NCBI RefSeq assembly: GCF_000981445.1 | Contig: NC_027218.1 | Span: 248,001 to 312,000, forward strand | Length of the DNA stretch: 64,000 nucleotides | Reading direction: 5' to 3' | Origin: Babesia bigemina | Lineage: Eukaryota | Shown here: positions 12,564 to 22,928 of the stretch, in pieces | Layout of the letters: each line of letters opens with the position of its first letter | Position numbering within the stretch: position 1 is the stretch's first letter | Notes under the pieces: generated by a model | Seen by the model: the letters and a program-made list of their open reading frames with translations, nothing else | The model's database searches: none | What the model was told of the DNA's origin: nothing | Translations under genes and position numbers: made by a program

Positions 12564-15344
12564 ATGGTAGAACACGTTCCACCGGAGTCGGTTTATAGAC
12601 AACCGAACGTGGCCGAACTACTGGCAAGTCTCACTGAACAGCAGACGCATCTGATGGAAACGTACAAAGGATTCCTGGATTCCATGCGTCTAGAAACAAA
12701 TCTACAAGAAGCCGAAGGCAAACTCAGTGGACTTAAAAAAGCTGGTGCGGAACTTATAGAGCTTCAGAAGGAACATATAACGAAGCTTTTGATCATGTTA
12801 TACCCTATATTCAGAGTTGTAATGCCTCCATCGCAATTTGAGCAAGATGCGTGTATTCAGATGTTAGGTAATAGGACGCAGCTCGAAGCTTATGATTTAG
12901 TGGAGTTGTCATGTGTCCTACGGTGTTACTTTGCCAAGCTTGCAATATATGTTTATCACATGGCAACTTTTGTCAAGGACTGGGTCGCATACGAGCATGC
13001 CGTATCGACAGATCCTAACTTGCACAACCATGGTGTTGATCTAAGACCTGCAGATAGCCCTGAATCCACTGAAGCTTTTAGAACATCATTTAATGCAAAT
13101 CAAGCGTATTCAGGCAAAATCTACAACGCGGAAGAAACAAGGGCTAATACGTATGGCATGGCAGCTGCTGATGCAGGGGCAACCTCATCGCAATGTCCTT
13201 CAAACTTGTCAATTGTAACTAATGTCAAGCGGGACGAAACAATAAGCGCTAGAGAAACCTCAGAAATCTCAGGCGATAAACTTATATCTGATGTGCAGTA
13301 TTGTGGTGGGATTGTCCATCAAAACCTTCCTTTCGAATACCCAGAGGCCCAAAACCACGATCCTTTGTATGTCAGCGATTCAAGTGAATATTACAATTCC
13401 CAAACTTATGATCTGTTGGCTCTTCACTCCGACGGTGATCTGGACTGCGTAGAGGATAATTTGCACCATATTAATCATGCGGATGCTGCGCTCTTCGCTG
13501 ACTCTGATCGTCTTGAAGATTACGTACAGAAGCGTCTCGACCACGAAGTCGGCTTACCTGATATTACGGGCGAATATTTGTATTCTCGACGTGAATCTTC
13601 GGGTACAGAAACCGGAACTTTTCTTGATGTTACTACCCGGAAGCTACCTTTGGGCGTATCGTATCGTGGTTATGATGGCTTGACAAGGGGTGAAGCATAT
13701 ATAGGAGCTTCTCGTTTGTCTCTAGATGTGAATGAGCAGGAAAGCAAAGCCGTTCAGCCTGCAACAATGCGTCCTGCTTTTGGTCCTCCGGATCAGCTAT
13801 CGCAACATGGTGAATCGGAATGGAATCAACACGCGCCAATTAATGCAATGAATAGTCGTGAACCGAGATTTGGTCACGACGACTCTCACAGCCCTAGGTT
13901 ACCGTATCCAAAACCTCTTCTAATATCGCAACGCAGCAAATCGCTGTTGCAGCCATCCGGCGATGTGTATGAAGGTACCCCATTGAACAAGGGGCAAGAG
14001 GGCTCTAACTTGCGTGAGATTCATAGGGTTACATCCTCTGGCAGTGATGTTTCCAGAAGTTGTGACGTACTCTGTTGTGGTGTCGGGTGTCAAGGCAAAG
14101 GGCCGAAACATGTGCAAACTGAGATGCCGATTTTGGCATCAGAAACATATCACCCGAGTTTCTATGTTCAGCGATCCCAAGTTGGTCAACAGCTGCACGT
14201 CAAAGGTGGCGGTTGGAACAATAAAGATGTAACGTACCTGTTCTACCAGACTCCCGTGCCTATGTTTGACCTTGAAACTATGAGAGAAGCCGACGGCTCA
14301 TATCGACCGGCTTCCACGAATAGTTCATTGTGTTCCATGGATGATAAAACTCAACAAGGGGGCATCAACAGCACTGTTGCCGATCATACACAAGGTAACA
14401 ATGGTGCCCATTCGACTTCGGACGTCTTTGGTGAATTGCGTTACGGAGTAAACGGACAATGCGTCAATAAGTCAGTTTTCACCTCAGCTCAAGGCACGAA
14501 TTTCGATGATGTACCTAACCATTCTGACAACATCAAGAACAATAATACGGAGCAGCGTTCGGGGTGTGTTGTGCCTGGTTATCTTCCCTTTTCACGGAGT
14601 AAAGAAAAAGTTAGCTACGTTACTCGATTTGGTGCATTTGATCATGAATTGGGTATTGTTAGCTATGATTCAAATTATCGCATTCGAAGGGTTCACGCAC
14701 CCTTGAATGACGTGTTTATGGATGGAGTAGAACATTCTCACAGGTCCTATAGCGAAGACAGAGATGTAAAAGGATCTTTGGCATCAAATTTTTGTCGCAT
14801 CACCCAAGGCGCGAAACAATTGGGATTACGCCATTTACAATTGGATGTTCGTCTTAGTCAACAAGATAAATTGGCTAGTGAAACATTTGAAACGAGTGAT
14901 CTGGAGGGTAGCAGTTGTATGGATTCGCTTGACATTTTACGGCATCAGCTCGAGTCTATACCATCCCCTGAACAAGATGGTGGTGCCACGTCACATGATA
15001 TTGAAGAGAAAAAAGAAAGACGGAACTTTAGAGAGGATAGGCAAGAAGCGTGCGGTAGATCTGCTGTCAAACTACGAGAAATTCAGTGTGTTGCGATTCC
15101 ATTGCCAAAGCAGTCAGAGCGCAACGAGGACCACGAAGCGCTTATCAGTGCTATAGAGAATCCGGAATGTGATTATAAAGCTGAGACAGCCAATCAACCG
15201 GTGCATGCACTGAAAAGGATTGAGCACTCGGTGCAACCTCTACATTCGCCTCCGCGTGATGCACAGGAAGATAACCTATCTAGCAGCCGTATACATATCC
15301 CACCGTTGGATATGAGCAAGCTACGAGCTAGAGTTGGCTACTGA
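12564..15344 (+). CDS. Hypothetical protein, 926 aa (helical N-terminus, long disordered tail)
   Basis: Long uninterrupted ATG-initiated ORF; no recognisable motif. Confidence 0.8.
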   Translation: MVEHVPPESVYRQPNVAELLASLTEQQTHLMETYKGFLDSMRLETNLQEAEGKLSGLKKAGAELIELQKEHITKLLIMLYPIFRVVMPPSQFEQDACIQMLGNRTQLEAYDLVELSCVLRCYFAKLAIYVYHMATFVKDWVAYEHAVSTDPNLHNHGVDLRPADSPESTEAFRTSFNANQAYSGKIYNAEETRANTYGMAAADAGATSSQCPSNLSIVTNVKRDETISARETSEISGDKLISDVQYCGGIVHQNLPFEYPEAQNHDPLYVSDSSEYYNSQTYDLLALHSDGDLDCVEDNLHHINHADAALFADSDRLEDYVQKRLDHEVGLPDITGEYLYSRRESSGTETGTFLDVTTRKLPLGVSYRGYDGLTRGEAYIGASRLSLDVNEQESKAVQPATMRPAFGPPDQLSQHGESEWNQHAPINAMNSREPRFGHDDSHSPRLPYPKPLLISQRSKSLLQPSGDVYEGTPLNKGQEGSNLREIHRVTSSGSDVSRSCDVLCCGVGCQGKGPKHVQTEMPILASETYHPSFYVQRSQVGQQLHVKGGGWNNKDVTYLFYQTPVPMFDLETMREADGSYRPASTNSSLCSMDDKTQQGGINSTVADHTQGNNGAHSTSDVFGELRYGVNGQCVNKSVFTSAQGTNFDDVPNHSDNIKNNNTEQRSGCVVPGYLPFSRSKEKVSYVTRFGAFDHELGIVSYDSNYRIRRVHAPLNDVFMDGVEHSHRSYSEDRDVKGSLASNFCRITQGAKQLGLRHLQLDVRLSQQDKLASETFETSDLEGSSCMDSLDILRHQLESIPSPEQDGGATSHDIEEKKERRNFREDRQEACGRSAVKLREIQCVAIPLPKQSERNEDHEALISAIENPECDYKAETANQPVHALKRIEHSVQPLHSPPRDAQEDNLSSSRIHIPPLDMSKLRARVGY

Positions 15345-15412
15345 GCGTGTGTGTAAACGTCAAGCCTAACATCTTCCCATATTTCTGAGCATTTTATACC
15401 CTGATGCGCAAG

Positions 15413-17860
15413 TTAACTCACTTCAAGTTTTAGAATACGCGCCGTATCGGAATTCGCAGCCATGGCTTTTTCGGCGATGGGTTCCAGCATCGATATGTAT
15501 CTACCGTCTTTAAACCCCATCTTTGTTAACAGGTGCAGGAGCTGCGGCACTCGCTCCTTTTCTAGGTGATGGGCATTCGAGCATATACCCTTCGCCAGAT
15601 GTGTGGCATCTACGCGACTCTTCTTGACGCAAACACTAAGCAACTTGAATGCGTTGTTGCAGTGGAGGTGAACGGTAGGCCCGTCCTCCGTTGTTGAACT
15701 CATTCGTTCTACACAGCATTCAATCATTAGGTTTAAAACCTTCTCCGCATGTACATGTTCCACCCGATTCAGTACGCCAATTAGCGTTGAAAATGAGATT
15801 GGGGAGAGCATCCTTATAGTTTTTTTGTTTCCCAGCAGTGAGAACATGCTCGAGTGTAGCCTTTTAATAGCTTCTGGGGTGCATCCATTCTTATGACAGA
15901 TCAACATCGTTTTATTCAACATAGCGGGTATTATCTCAGCTTCCAGTTCACTTAGCATTCCATCCAATAGTGGCGGTATGAGCTGGCAAACATAATCGAC
16001 AGACTTCGCTTGACATATCCCTAGTGCATATTCAAGAGGTGTGGCGGAGCGGCATGCGATTTCTATATAAGACCAAGCATCTTGTACAATAGTCAAATCA
16101 TCACTTGTCAGGTGACATTCAAACTGATCGGTCATCAGGTAACGGGGGAAAAGGTTACGATCTGTGTTGGATGTGCTCGCATCCGACTTTATGCTTAACC
16201 CAATAGATGACGGTTTGGCGCATTCATTCCCCCCCATTAACCTTTGAATTGCATCTGCACGTTTTACAGAATTATTTTGTGCGCGTTTTAAACCTGAGAG
16301 AGACTTATGTTGCTTCTTAAATACATACCTAGAGGCTCGAAATGCTGCAACATCAATTCACGGCATTTTATTGCCACCACGCCACCAATATTTCTACGAT
16401 TCACTGCAATTGATTTCACACATGTATATACGCCTTTTAGGTATCTCAGGTTGCTGAATAAAAATAGCAAATCCATAAAATCCTCATTGGTGACAGAGGG
16501 ATCGATCACGCCACTCCGTGGCGTACACGGATCAGCACATTTCTACGACCACATAAAAGTATATAGCGAAACTCTTACCTCGAAGGAGTATAGTACCGCA
16601 TCATAGAGGTAGACCAAAGGTAGAGGATAGTTCTCGCATGAGTGTAGTAAATTAAGTCTATCCTTTGATGTAAGATTATGGCAACACAACTCTTTTATAC
16701 GTGTACACAATTCGTCCAAATATATATCTGAATATTTAATGGACTCAAGTGCCGCCTTTGCCTATGAATTGTTTGGCCAACGCTATGAAATATTTCACTA
16801 ACGCCAAATAGTGCCTTCCAGTCCGCATTTTCTTGATCTTGTGACAATGATCGTACTATTGCTTGATAGCTATTCAGTTCTACTTCCGTATAACGATTAA
16901 CCCAAAGTAACAAATCCAAAAGCTTCGGCGCATCGTGGACATGGATGATGTGGGCATTATCGTGGACGAATCCACGAATTATTTTTACAACATTTGCCTA
17001 CAAAATCGTATTTTGTGCGTGAAAAAGGCGTACATCGAGGTAATCATGTTGTTTCAATGCCTTGATAAATGGATAGCAACCATGAGAATAACTCCCCCCG
17101 GCAACGTGATCCGCGATTAGTTGCAGCAGCGCAACATTGCGATACTTCAGGTGCGCCAGCGCATTCAAAATAATAACGATATTCTACGCGTAAGGTTTGA
17201 ATGAGTTTGAATATCTACCTCAAGGGAAAAGTTCGATATCTTCGTGAATATTGGCGATACGAGGTCATCCAATATTTGTCGAAAAAGTGCCTGCTCGGTC
17301 GTCACTGTAAGGCTGTGCAGAATAGAAGTTAAATCATCGGCTCCAATTGACTCCAAATTCTTCTGTATGATGAGCAGCGCCGAGCTGAATAGTTGCTCAT
17401 CAAAAACGGAGCATGCCCTGAAAGCGCTAAGAAGACGTGGTATGTCATTCAATCGCCAAGATTCATGGCATTTAAGTAATCTAACCGCAATTTCTTTGAA
17501 AAGGGATGAATCCTGATGTTTTACTTTACCAAAGGAATCGGCAATCCTAATAAGTTCTGTTGCGGTAAAGTTGTTGCTGTGATGGAGCACTGCATTCGCA
17601 CATCTCAACCAAAAGTTGCGATTTACAACTATGCAATTGCTACCTGCATTTCTGACACTAAAGAGCGCAAACCTGGCCTTACCTCCCACAACCGTTTTTA
17701 ACAATTCCTCAGGTGACTGGTGATGAATTGGAATCTCCGCAAGTTTTGCAACAATGCAATTTCGTTTTTGCTTGAGGTTCAAGCTGCGATAACATCTTGT
17801 ACTCCGCAATGAAAATTTTGGTAGAACAACCTTGCCGACGTCTACGCCGGAAGCAAACAT
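15413..17860 (-). CDS. Helical-repeat (HPR/RAP/FASTK-like) putative organellar RNA-binding protein, multi-exon
   Basis: Collinear minus-strand ORFs 17165-17890, 16695-16919, 16288-16509 and 15413-16237. ~37-aa helical repeats such as FTATELIRIADSFGKV / WRLNDIPRLLSAF / IGADDLTSILHSL. Exon limits are approximate. Confidence 0.55.
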
Positions 17861-18322
17861 GACAATATCATGATGCTTACTCTGATTCACATCAAAAAAA
17901 TCACACCGACCAAAGCCATAGCAAAGCCTCTTCTATTTCCTTTATGAACTCGCACATAAAAACAATATGTGAAGCGCCAGTACAGCTACACAACCACGGG
18001 AATTACAAAGCTTAAATAAAATGTCTTCAACTGTTTTTGTATATATATGGCTCTACAAGTAATAATATTAATGAGTATATGAGGGCTATGCGGCGTTATA
18101 TCTGCTCGTGAGCTCCGTTGTGCCTACCGATGTCTGTGAACGTTATTTTGTGCAGCTGTCCGTTGGTCTCACGAATTCGGACGTTTAAAAGGCAATTAAT
18201 CATAATTATCGAATCGCAACTCGATTAGTGGTCGCACAAAATGGCGCTTAAAAGTGAACAAAACATATGAGTCGAAAAAAACTGGAAGCGTAGTTGATGA
18301 GAGTGAACTATCGGTCTTACAA

Positions 18323-18961
18323 ATGGCTGGCAGCGATTTTTACTCAAGAATAAAATGTGTATTTGGTAATTGCTACGGTAACAATCGGTCACGAAGATTT
18401 ATGAGTTTTATGTATCCCGTACCCCGTATCTTAAATGAGATAGCAAAGGTACCGTTGCTCATGCGATGCGACACCCAAACAATCGCTGGAATCTGGGCAC
18501 AACAATTCGAACGGCGGGATAACGTTGTAGTAATGACACTTGGAGGTCAAGTCTTTCAACAGCTCTCAAAAAATGCAAAACGTAGCCCCATGTTTGTGCT
18601 ACCGGTTCAGGTTGAAACACGTGGTACTTACAACATGATACTACAACACGTCGACTCTAAAAGTGTTCTATTCACGTCAGTACACTCATTCAAGTCATAT
18701 GGGATGGAAAAATCGTCGCCGCACTTCATTCTTACATTTTACGACGAACTACTGGTACAAAAGAACATTATTCTTGTGCGAGGTGATATTGTCAATCCAA
18801 CAGATGTATCAAAGAGTAATGCGAAAAAACTTATGGAACACACGGTTAAGTTCTACTCAGACATAAATCTTTACAAGTGGGTTGACTGTTTTAATAACCG
18901 TCCGCGCGAATTCGAGTTCGAAGATTTCAAGCGTAAATGCAAACACATTCTGGAACAGTAA
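18323..18961 (+). CDS. ATP11: Mitochondrial F1-ATPase assembly factor ATP11/ATPAF1
   Basis: PRILNEIAKVPLL, IAGIW, AKRSPMFVLPV, LFTSVHSFK, LVRGDI, FNNRPREFEF. Confidence 0.85.
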   Translation: MAGSDFYSRIKCVFGNCYGNNRSRRFMSFMYPVPRILNEIAKVPLLMRCDTQTIAGIWAQQFERRDNVVVMTLGGQVFQQLSKNAKRSPMFVLPVQVETRGTYNMILQHVDSKSVLFTSVHSFKSYGMEKSSPHFILTFYDELLVQKNIILVRGDIVNPTDVSKSNAKKLMEHTVKFYSDINLYKWVDCFNNRPREFEFEDFKRKCKHILEQ

Positions 18962-19359
18962 GAAGTATTGCCACTTATACAGCAAGTTATAAGATATCAA
19001 TTCATCGAACTCAAACAAGTTAGTGTGTTGTATGTCCTTTAATCTAAGCGAAGTCCATCTGGAGCACATAGCTGTTGAACTAGGCCATTGTATTGTGTTT
19101 TACCAAAGGCATGTACGATATTGTGTGGGTATAGGCAACAAACGATCGAGACCTCTGCGAATCGGAGCATTGTGGTCTGATTTGCATTTATGTCTGATTT
19201 CTTTGTCAGATATATGTGCAATATGCAATGTCGTAATACGCCAATGTAGTTTTTGCCGTATTGAATGGGTTCGAGCTGCTCAATATATTTCCAGTGCAAT
19301 AATGTTCGGAAATTGTCCAAAAAATAATCTATAATTATAATTAGAGCGTTGCTTTGCCT

Positions 19360-20118
19360 CTAGTTCTCTTTATCGTGCGAATTCTCCCTTCGTACCTCGT
19401 CCCATGTCTTGTATGGACCTGTCAGTCATAACAGGATGTCAAGACTCTCTAACCCGCAATTGGAGATTTCCTTGCTGTCATAACGAACGCCTTGTTAAGG
19501 TTTTCACTTAGCATTGTCAGAAAGTGGCACATAACAACTTACTCATTTGCATGGGGATCGGAAACCGCCATGCGATTTGCGTATAACTTCCCAGGGGTTT
19601 CATAATCACCAATGCGTTCCGATACAGACACTTTATCTGAGAAGGTATCATCCGCGTGTGTTGTAGTTTCAGAGGATGTTGCTAAGTGGCCTTGTGTCTC
19701 GATAAGAATATGGCGAGCGGCGTTTCCTAAACGACCCGGCGAATTCAGCAACTGCGAAAGTTTAGCGGCGCATAGAACATTTATAACTAACTTCAGTATA
19801 CACAGATCTACGTTTGCGATTGATGCATATGGCAGTAGAGTACAGCGCAACGAATGCAGATAACACTCGACGTGTGGCCACGCGACTTATCACATTTGAC
19901 TTCTTCAAAGCGAAGCTGGTAACGATACCACCGCATAATCCCATTCCAAAACAGCTGTATGTCGCGTTCTTGAATAGTTTGCCTTCGTCAGCAGATATCG
20001 TATATGCGTTGTCTTTTAGCCAACGACCATACTGGCGCTCAAAAAGACGCCATTCCCGTTCTGTAGATGGAGTTGCTTTCTCGCCGGAAGCCGCCGTAAG
20101 ATCTCTATCATATGCCAT
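19360..20118 (-). CDS. Small 2-TM protein, OCIA-domain-like, four predicted exons
   Basis: Three short GT-AG introns join ORF 19762-20118, ORF 19539-19850 and two small exons, ending GPYKTWDEVRRENSHDKEN*. Confidence 0.6.
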
Positions 20119-20489
20119 GGTTCACTAAGAAGTATGAATGGTACAATGCGGCAGTGTGGAATGTCATATATATTGCCACCTTATGCCAAGCTTGCACCAT
20201 ATGGAACTCCTATAGCACATCTATTTGTGTAAATGGAATTGATATGGTTCAGAAACGTGCGTTGGATCGCACAGAGGACGTTTTTCTATTCACAAAAACA
20301 CACAAAATTGCAAACGTATTGGACATTGAGGGTGACACACAGCCTCGCGTGCCACCAGCGACGCTAATCAGTCAAGACAACACGAAAATGTCGATTAAAT
20401 TTACAGATGCTTTAAGATTCGTGCCGATGCAAGTTCGTCTGAAGGTGTCAAACTCTCCTTCTGAGCGGCGATATCAGGCACCTTAACCG

Positions 20490-21530
20490 ATGCGTCTCAC
20501 TATTTCCTTGTTGGCTACTGCAGTGTTCGTGCGAGGTTATAAGGTTACGAATGTTACTGTGCCGCTGGACTCCTCGATTAATCTGTTAAAAAGAGACGTG
20601 CTGCCTCCCCGAGCTCTAAGCCATCGTATGTCGCGCTTATGCAACCCAGGCACAACGGACAAGGAAAAGACCAAGTCAGCCCTACTTGAACGTAAATCCG
20701 TCTTTATATCTCGGAATCGCGTATCTCGTGATAATGGCCTTCCTCAGATTCTACGTTTGGAGCTCACCAATACCGTCATTGTAGAATCAATCAATAACCT
20801 AAGCACCTTCCCTGTGCTCAGCGTTGATTACGGTTCCAAATATATTGGGCTTTCTATACATCATATGGGTAAAGCGAAGTTACTTAGGTCAATATATAAC
20901 ACCGGTGACGTGGAACACCTCTGTGGCGTCGTATATTCCATAGTAACAGACAACATTCACCCGCCCTCAAGGTTCATTATCCTTGTCGGTTTACCGTATT
21001 CCAGGGAAGAGATAACTGGTTCTGAGTGGATTTCTCAAACCCTTTACAACCTAGATTTTGCTACGCGGCTTTCAAGGTATATGCACGGCAGACATCTGGG
21101 AACATACGGGAATTGGGAGCATAATGTTAATCACACAAACGAGAAACCAATGTCACCACAACATGTAGTGCATAATCGATGTATTGGTTGCTCACTAAAT
21201 TTGGGGTATTGTGGATACAATAATGCTTGTGAGGAACTGTTTTTGATTGCACCATCAGATTACAGTTCCACAGCTGTAATTGGAATCTCTGAAGAATCAT
21301 CAACCTACCAAACGCAAATATTTGGTGGGAGGAATCATAGAAGGCTTGATTCTCTCGCTAGTGATATCATTTTCAGGAATTTGCAGGAGTCCTTGAACAG
21401 CGACTCAAACCACAGGAAACCATTCCTTGTACTCCCCAGCTGCAACAACTTGCTCCGCACCCATACTAGAAGGGAATGTTTGTTGCTAGAAAAAACTATA
21501 TTCGACAAATGTGTTAAGTCATTGAACTGA
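20490..21530 (+). CDS. YqgF/RuvX-family RNase H-fold nuclease with signal + transit peptide (apicoplast candidate)
   Basis: VLSVDYGSKYIGLS, ILVGLP, EESST and LDSLASDII follow the YqgF motif order; hydrophobic leader followed by a basic segment. Confidence 0.75.
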   Translation: MRLTISLLATAVFVRGYKVTNVTVPLDSSINLLKRDVLPPRALSHRMSRLCNPGTTDKEKTKSALLERKSVFISRNRVSRDNGLPQILRLELTNTVIVESINNLSTFPVLSVDYGSKYIGLSIHHMGKAKLLRSIYNTGDVEHLCGVVYSIVTDNIHPPSRFIILVGLPYSREEITGSEWISQTLYNLDFATRLSRYMHGRHLGTYGNWEHNVNHTNEKPMSPQHVVHNRCIGCSLNLGYCGYNNACEELFLIAPSDYSSTAVIGISEESSTYQTQIFGGRNHRRLDSLASDIIFRNLQESLNSDSNHRKPFLVLPSCNNLLRTHTRRECLLLEKTIFDKCVKSLN

Positions 21531-21594
21531 CAAAAAATATATCTCAAATAGTCCTGTGTCCGCCGCAAATGCGGCAAGTCTTTCACATACAAGG

Positions 21595-22599
21595 ATGCCG
21601 ACCCCTTTTCATTCGCATCTGTTTTATGAAGTTTTTGAAATACTAGTTAGAAATGGAGAACTAACCACCCTTCGTAGGCTTCTTGGGGTTGTGGCTACAC
21701 AAGAAACACGCCTTGTTGCCACATTGTTGAAGAACAACAACACAATGGTCCCCTTGGATTATATGGGTCTGTACTCAATGCAGTTCTTGCGAGCATTGCA
21801 GAATGATCATCTGGCGGCAGCTTCAAATGTGTCATTATTTATCATGTATGCTCAAGTATTTAATGAAATACATAGGCAAATGGAAGAAGTTAACGATTCA
21901 GAACGTGACACACTCCGTGTATATATTCATAACCTGTTTGACGAAATGTGCACGCGATTCCTCGATGAACGGATTCTCGAAGATCGATCAACATTGTGTC
22001 GAAGCAGTGCTAAGAGTATGTGTTATGATTTATCAGGGTCGTGCACCATGAGAATATTATTAAACCTAGCAGGTTACGAACTCTTTATATCAAAAGAGAA
22101 ACGTACAAGTATAGGTGAAGTAGTCTTTTCGTGTATCACTGGTTATATGAAGATCATAACTGATGAGACAGTGTATTCTGGGCCTCAATTGACGGCATTC
22201 TTAACACCTCCACATTCTCCATTCTATGTATTTCACCATGAGGGCGACAATGTCTTGCAAGAACTACTGACACCATTTGAATCAAAACCGCAGAATAGCT
22301 CGAGCCCACGTAGGAACCACGTATCGCAATCGGGAAACGTCCTAAACGATAGCATGCACTTGTTGCTAAAGTTTGTTACGCACGCACTTATGGAAATTGT
22401 CGTCGTGTATAGGCAGTCGAGTAACGGTGATGAATTAACAAGGGTCTTTACTAAATTTATTGGACGTGTAAATAATATTACACTACACTGGACACATAAA
22501 AAAAGCTTTTGGGACAAAGTGCGTCGCATATGTTCTCACCAATGTTCACAATACCAGAAGAATGAAGAATGGGACGCAATTGAAACCTACTTAAGTTAA
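21595..22599 (+). CDS. Hypothetical helical protein
   Basis: ~335-codon ORF from the first ATG; no motif recognised. Confidence 0.7.
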   Translation: MPTPFHSHLFYEVFEILVRNGELTTLRRLLGVVATQETRLVATLLKNNNTMVPLDYMGLYSMQFLRALQNDHLAAASNVSLFIMYAQVFNEIHRQMEEVNDSERDTLRVYIHNLFDEMCTRFLDERILEDRSTLCRSSAKSMCYDLSGSCTMRILLNLAGYELFISKEKRTSIGEVVFSCITGYMKIITDETVYSGPQLTAFLTPPHSPFYVFHHEGDNVLQELLTPFESKPQNSSSPRRNHVSQSGNVLNDSMHLLLKFVTHALMEIVVVYRQSSNGDELTRVFTKFIGRVNNITLHWTHKKSFWDKVRRICSHQCSQYQKNEEWDAIETYLS

Positions 22600-22928
22600 A
22601 ATGCAAATGGTACTTACAGCGCTTATAATAGATGACATTTTGACTCATTCATTCTTCTGTACAATCTTTTCCATAGTTACACCGAGAAGGGTGATAATAC
22701 ATAACATATTATCCGTGCAACGAAGCTTGGCATCAATGGTGATTGCTATTTGTTCATATACATGCCATTGACTACGAGTTATGGATGTTAGATGAGGGGT
22801 ATGAACAGACAATTAACCCGTTTAATACACCCCATTGAATGTTACTGCTTACATATTGATGGCAGGTTGTCTCTGTTGTATGGATTTTTATGCAAATCCC
22901 AATGTTTGCTCGGTGAAATGAATTCAAA

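Noticed and set aside
20112..20486. 124-aa plus-strand ORF ending 3 bp before the YqgF-like start
   Set aside because: It overlaps the divergent promoter and start of the neighbouring gene and has no motif; probably a chance ORF, though a uORF cannot be excluded.
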